This document shows, piece by piece, positions 61,683 through 64,000 of a stretch of 64,000 nt of DNA; positions within the stretch are counted from its first letter, which is position 1; every line of letters starts with the position of its first letter. The position numbers were made by a program, and so were the translations under genes. The stretch is from Lingula anatina. Lineage: Eukaryota > Animalia > Brachiopoda. The notes beneath the pieces were generated by a model. That model did not search any database and had not been told where the DNA came from. It worked only from the letters and a program-made list of their open reading frames with translations. Location of the stretch: assembly GCA_051362555.1 (NCBI GenBank), contig CM120640.1, positions 67,620,788-67,684,787 on the forward strand, in the 5' to 3' direction.

Positions 61683-64000
61683 AATAGGCCTATTGTCTAG
61701 AAAATCACAGGAGTGATCAATGTTAGGAAAATACAGGTCAATTGGAAAATCCGCTTGATTGGAACGTGTTTTTTTTTTTTTTTTGCACATTTTGAGAATT
61801 CTTATTTATTGCATAGAGCTTGTCAAGCACAAGATTGGTTGTGGTGTCCCTTTTTTTTTAGTTGATCATATAAAAATGGCAGTAAACTGTTAATTTTGTT
61901 TTATGTAAAAAAATTAATAAAAATGGAAAAAAAACCATTTCAGAACAGTGCTGTCTTGTTAACATTTTGGCATTTTCAATGTGTGACTTTGAAGTTCCAT
62001 TGGCCTGAAGACCTTTGCTAGTCACGTTTTCTGAATGTTCATGATACTAATATTTTATTATCAAAAATTGATGGTCATTATGTTGTTAAACATTGTGTAA
62101 TGTTGCAAAATTTGAAGAAACCCCTATTTTGGGCACTGCTCCCATGATGACCATTTAAGGAAAACCATGTCACTTACTGTTCTCAAACTTACAGGAAAGA
62201 AACATGGGTCTAAAATACAGCTTCAGTAGGCAATGCAGTCTGTTTGGTAAATTTTTCTGGCAATTAAACAGTTTTTTGTGAAAACTTAATTTTTCACATA
62301 TTGGCATTTTCAAGGTGTGACTTAAAACCTCCACGGGCTTGAAGACCCATGCTAGTTACATTTTCTGAAAATCCATGATACGTTTATTTTATTATTAAAA
62401 ATTGATGGTTATTATGCTGTTAGGCATTATGTAATATTGCATCAAAATAGAAGAAAACACAATTTTGGGTGCTGCTGCCATGATGACCATTATGGGAAAA
62501 AGGTGTTACTTATGATTGTCAAACTTTCAAAAAGGAAACAGGAATAAAATGCAGCCTGAGTTGGAAAAGCAGTCCAATTGGCTTCTTCTTCTGGAAGTTA
62601 TACATTTTAGTGAAATATTCATTATTATCGTATTGGCATATTCATTGTGGGACTCGGAGCTCCCATGGACATGAAGCAGAATGGTGATCCAATTTTCTAC
62701 ATGTCCATCCTATTTATAGTCAATAAACAAAAATTGGTGATAATTATTCTCTAATTTATTATGTAATGTTACATTAAAATTGACAACAATCTTTTTGCAC
62801 TGCTACTGCAAACATTATGAAAAAAAAAAACTGTGCTACTTATTATAATTTTAAACTTACAAGTACGATTTTTAGGATTGGCCTTCAGCTCATGAGAAAA
62901 CCAGAGCTATTGGATTATCATGTTTATTGTATTTATGCATTTTTTGTGAAATTTTCATTTTTATGTACAGACACAGATGTGTCTGTACATATAGCCATCA
63001 TCTGCGTCTGTTGTCGCCGTCGTCGCCGTCGTGCACTTTTACCGATAACACGATAAGTGGAACACCGTTTTTGCTTTTGGCTTGAAACTTACAGAACTGG
63101 TGTATATTCCTAATACACAGGTCAAGTTCGAAAATCAGCATGATCGGGCCATTTTTAGGGAAGTTATGCTGTTTTTTCACTTTTTTCAGCATATATGCAG
63201 CACCGATAACACGATAAGTGGAAAACCATTTTACTTTTTGGCTTGAAACTTACAAAACTGATGAATATTCATAATCCGCAGGTCAAGTTCGAAAATCAGC
63301 ATGATCGGGTCATTTTTAGGGAAGTTACGCTGTTTTTTCACTTTTCTCAGCATATATGCAACACCAATAACACGATAAGTGAAATAACATTTTACCTTTT
63401 GGCTTGAAACTAACAGAACTGATGGATATTCATAATACGCAGGTCAAGTTCGAAAATCAGCATGATCGGGCCTTTATTTTAGAAGTTATGCTGTTTTTTC
63501 ACATTTCCTCAGATTCAATTATTAGGCACATTAACAGTCTCATTATTTAACTAATAAGATACGTAAAAGTGTTTGTTTGATATTTCCTGCATTTTTACAA
63601 CATTTTTAATTGATTGTGTAAAAATGATGGTAAACTTGTTATTGTGTATTGTGTAATAAAGTGTCAAAAATGGTAATAAACTCATGATTGCAGTTTGTCA
63701 GATTCAATCATCCACTATGTTCAGAATCTCAGAATGGAGGAAATTGGACATTAAACACTGTTCTATTGATATTTTTCCCATCTCATCAATTTTCTTAGTT
63801 GGTCATATAAAAATGGCAACAAACTGTTTATTTTGTTTTATGTTAAAAAAATGTTAAAAATGGAAATAAACCCATTTCAGAACAGTGCTGTCTTGTTTAC
63901 ATTTTGGCATTTTTAAGATGTGACTTTGAAGTTTCATGAGCCTGAAGACCTTTGCTAATCATATTTTCTGAATATTCATGATACTAATATTTTATGATTA
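61645..64000 (+). mobile_element. HINE-1 composite with internal head at 62958, running off the window
   Basis: Body fragments, then a head fused at GAAATTTTCA-TTTTT. Segment 62693-64000 mirrors 40370-41676. Confidence 0.9.

Noticed and set aside
3001-63192. Recurrent ORFs such as MCLYILPSPASVV..., MTLKFHDPEDL..., MLKKVKKQHNF...
   Set aside because: They are translations of HINE-1 repeats. Frames break differently in each copy and no domain is recognisable.
1-64000. Autonomous Helitron/Helentron Rep-helicase, reverse transcriptase or prokaryotic defence system
   Set aside because: No ORF exceeds ~140 aa, and no HUH, helicase, RT or Cas motifs are visible.

Overview
AT-rich eukaryotic DNA, most consistent with a marine invertebrate such as a mollusc (inference from the repeat families). 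It is almost entirely nested transposon sequence. I see no intact protein-coding gene, rRNA, tRNA or CRISPR array, and nearly all ORFs in the track are translations of repeats. The dominant component is one family of non-autonomous Helentron-like elements (HINE/pearl type, here HINE-1), present as about 11 copies or composites of 1-7 kb. Each has a 5' T-run with a 14-bp hairpin, a (GTC/GCC) microsatellite, 161-bp and 337-bp tandem modules, and a 3' sub-TIR with a small hairpin and CTTGTT end. Copies nest in each other, form multi-head composites and carry smaller elements as fixed cargo. Interleaved with them are two other HINE families, four unrelated CA-ended elements with 6-bp TSDs (hAT6-like), a hAT deletion derivative with a 7-bp TSD, three copies of a TA-targeting TIR element, Kolobok-like TTAA elements, a broken piggyBac transposase, an Academ derivative, Harbinger-like MITEs and CACTA/EnSpm-like ends next to decayed DUF4806- and BEN-like exons. 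All boundaries were read by eye, and family names are pattern-based and need database confirmation.
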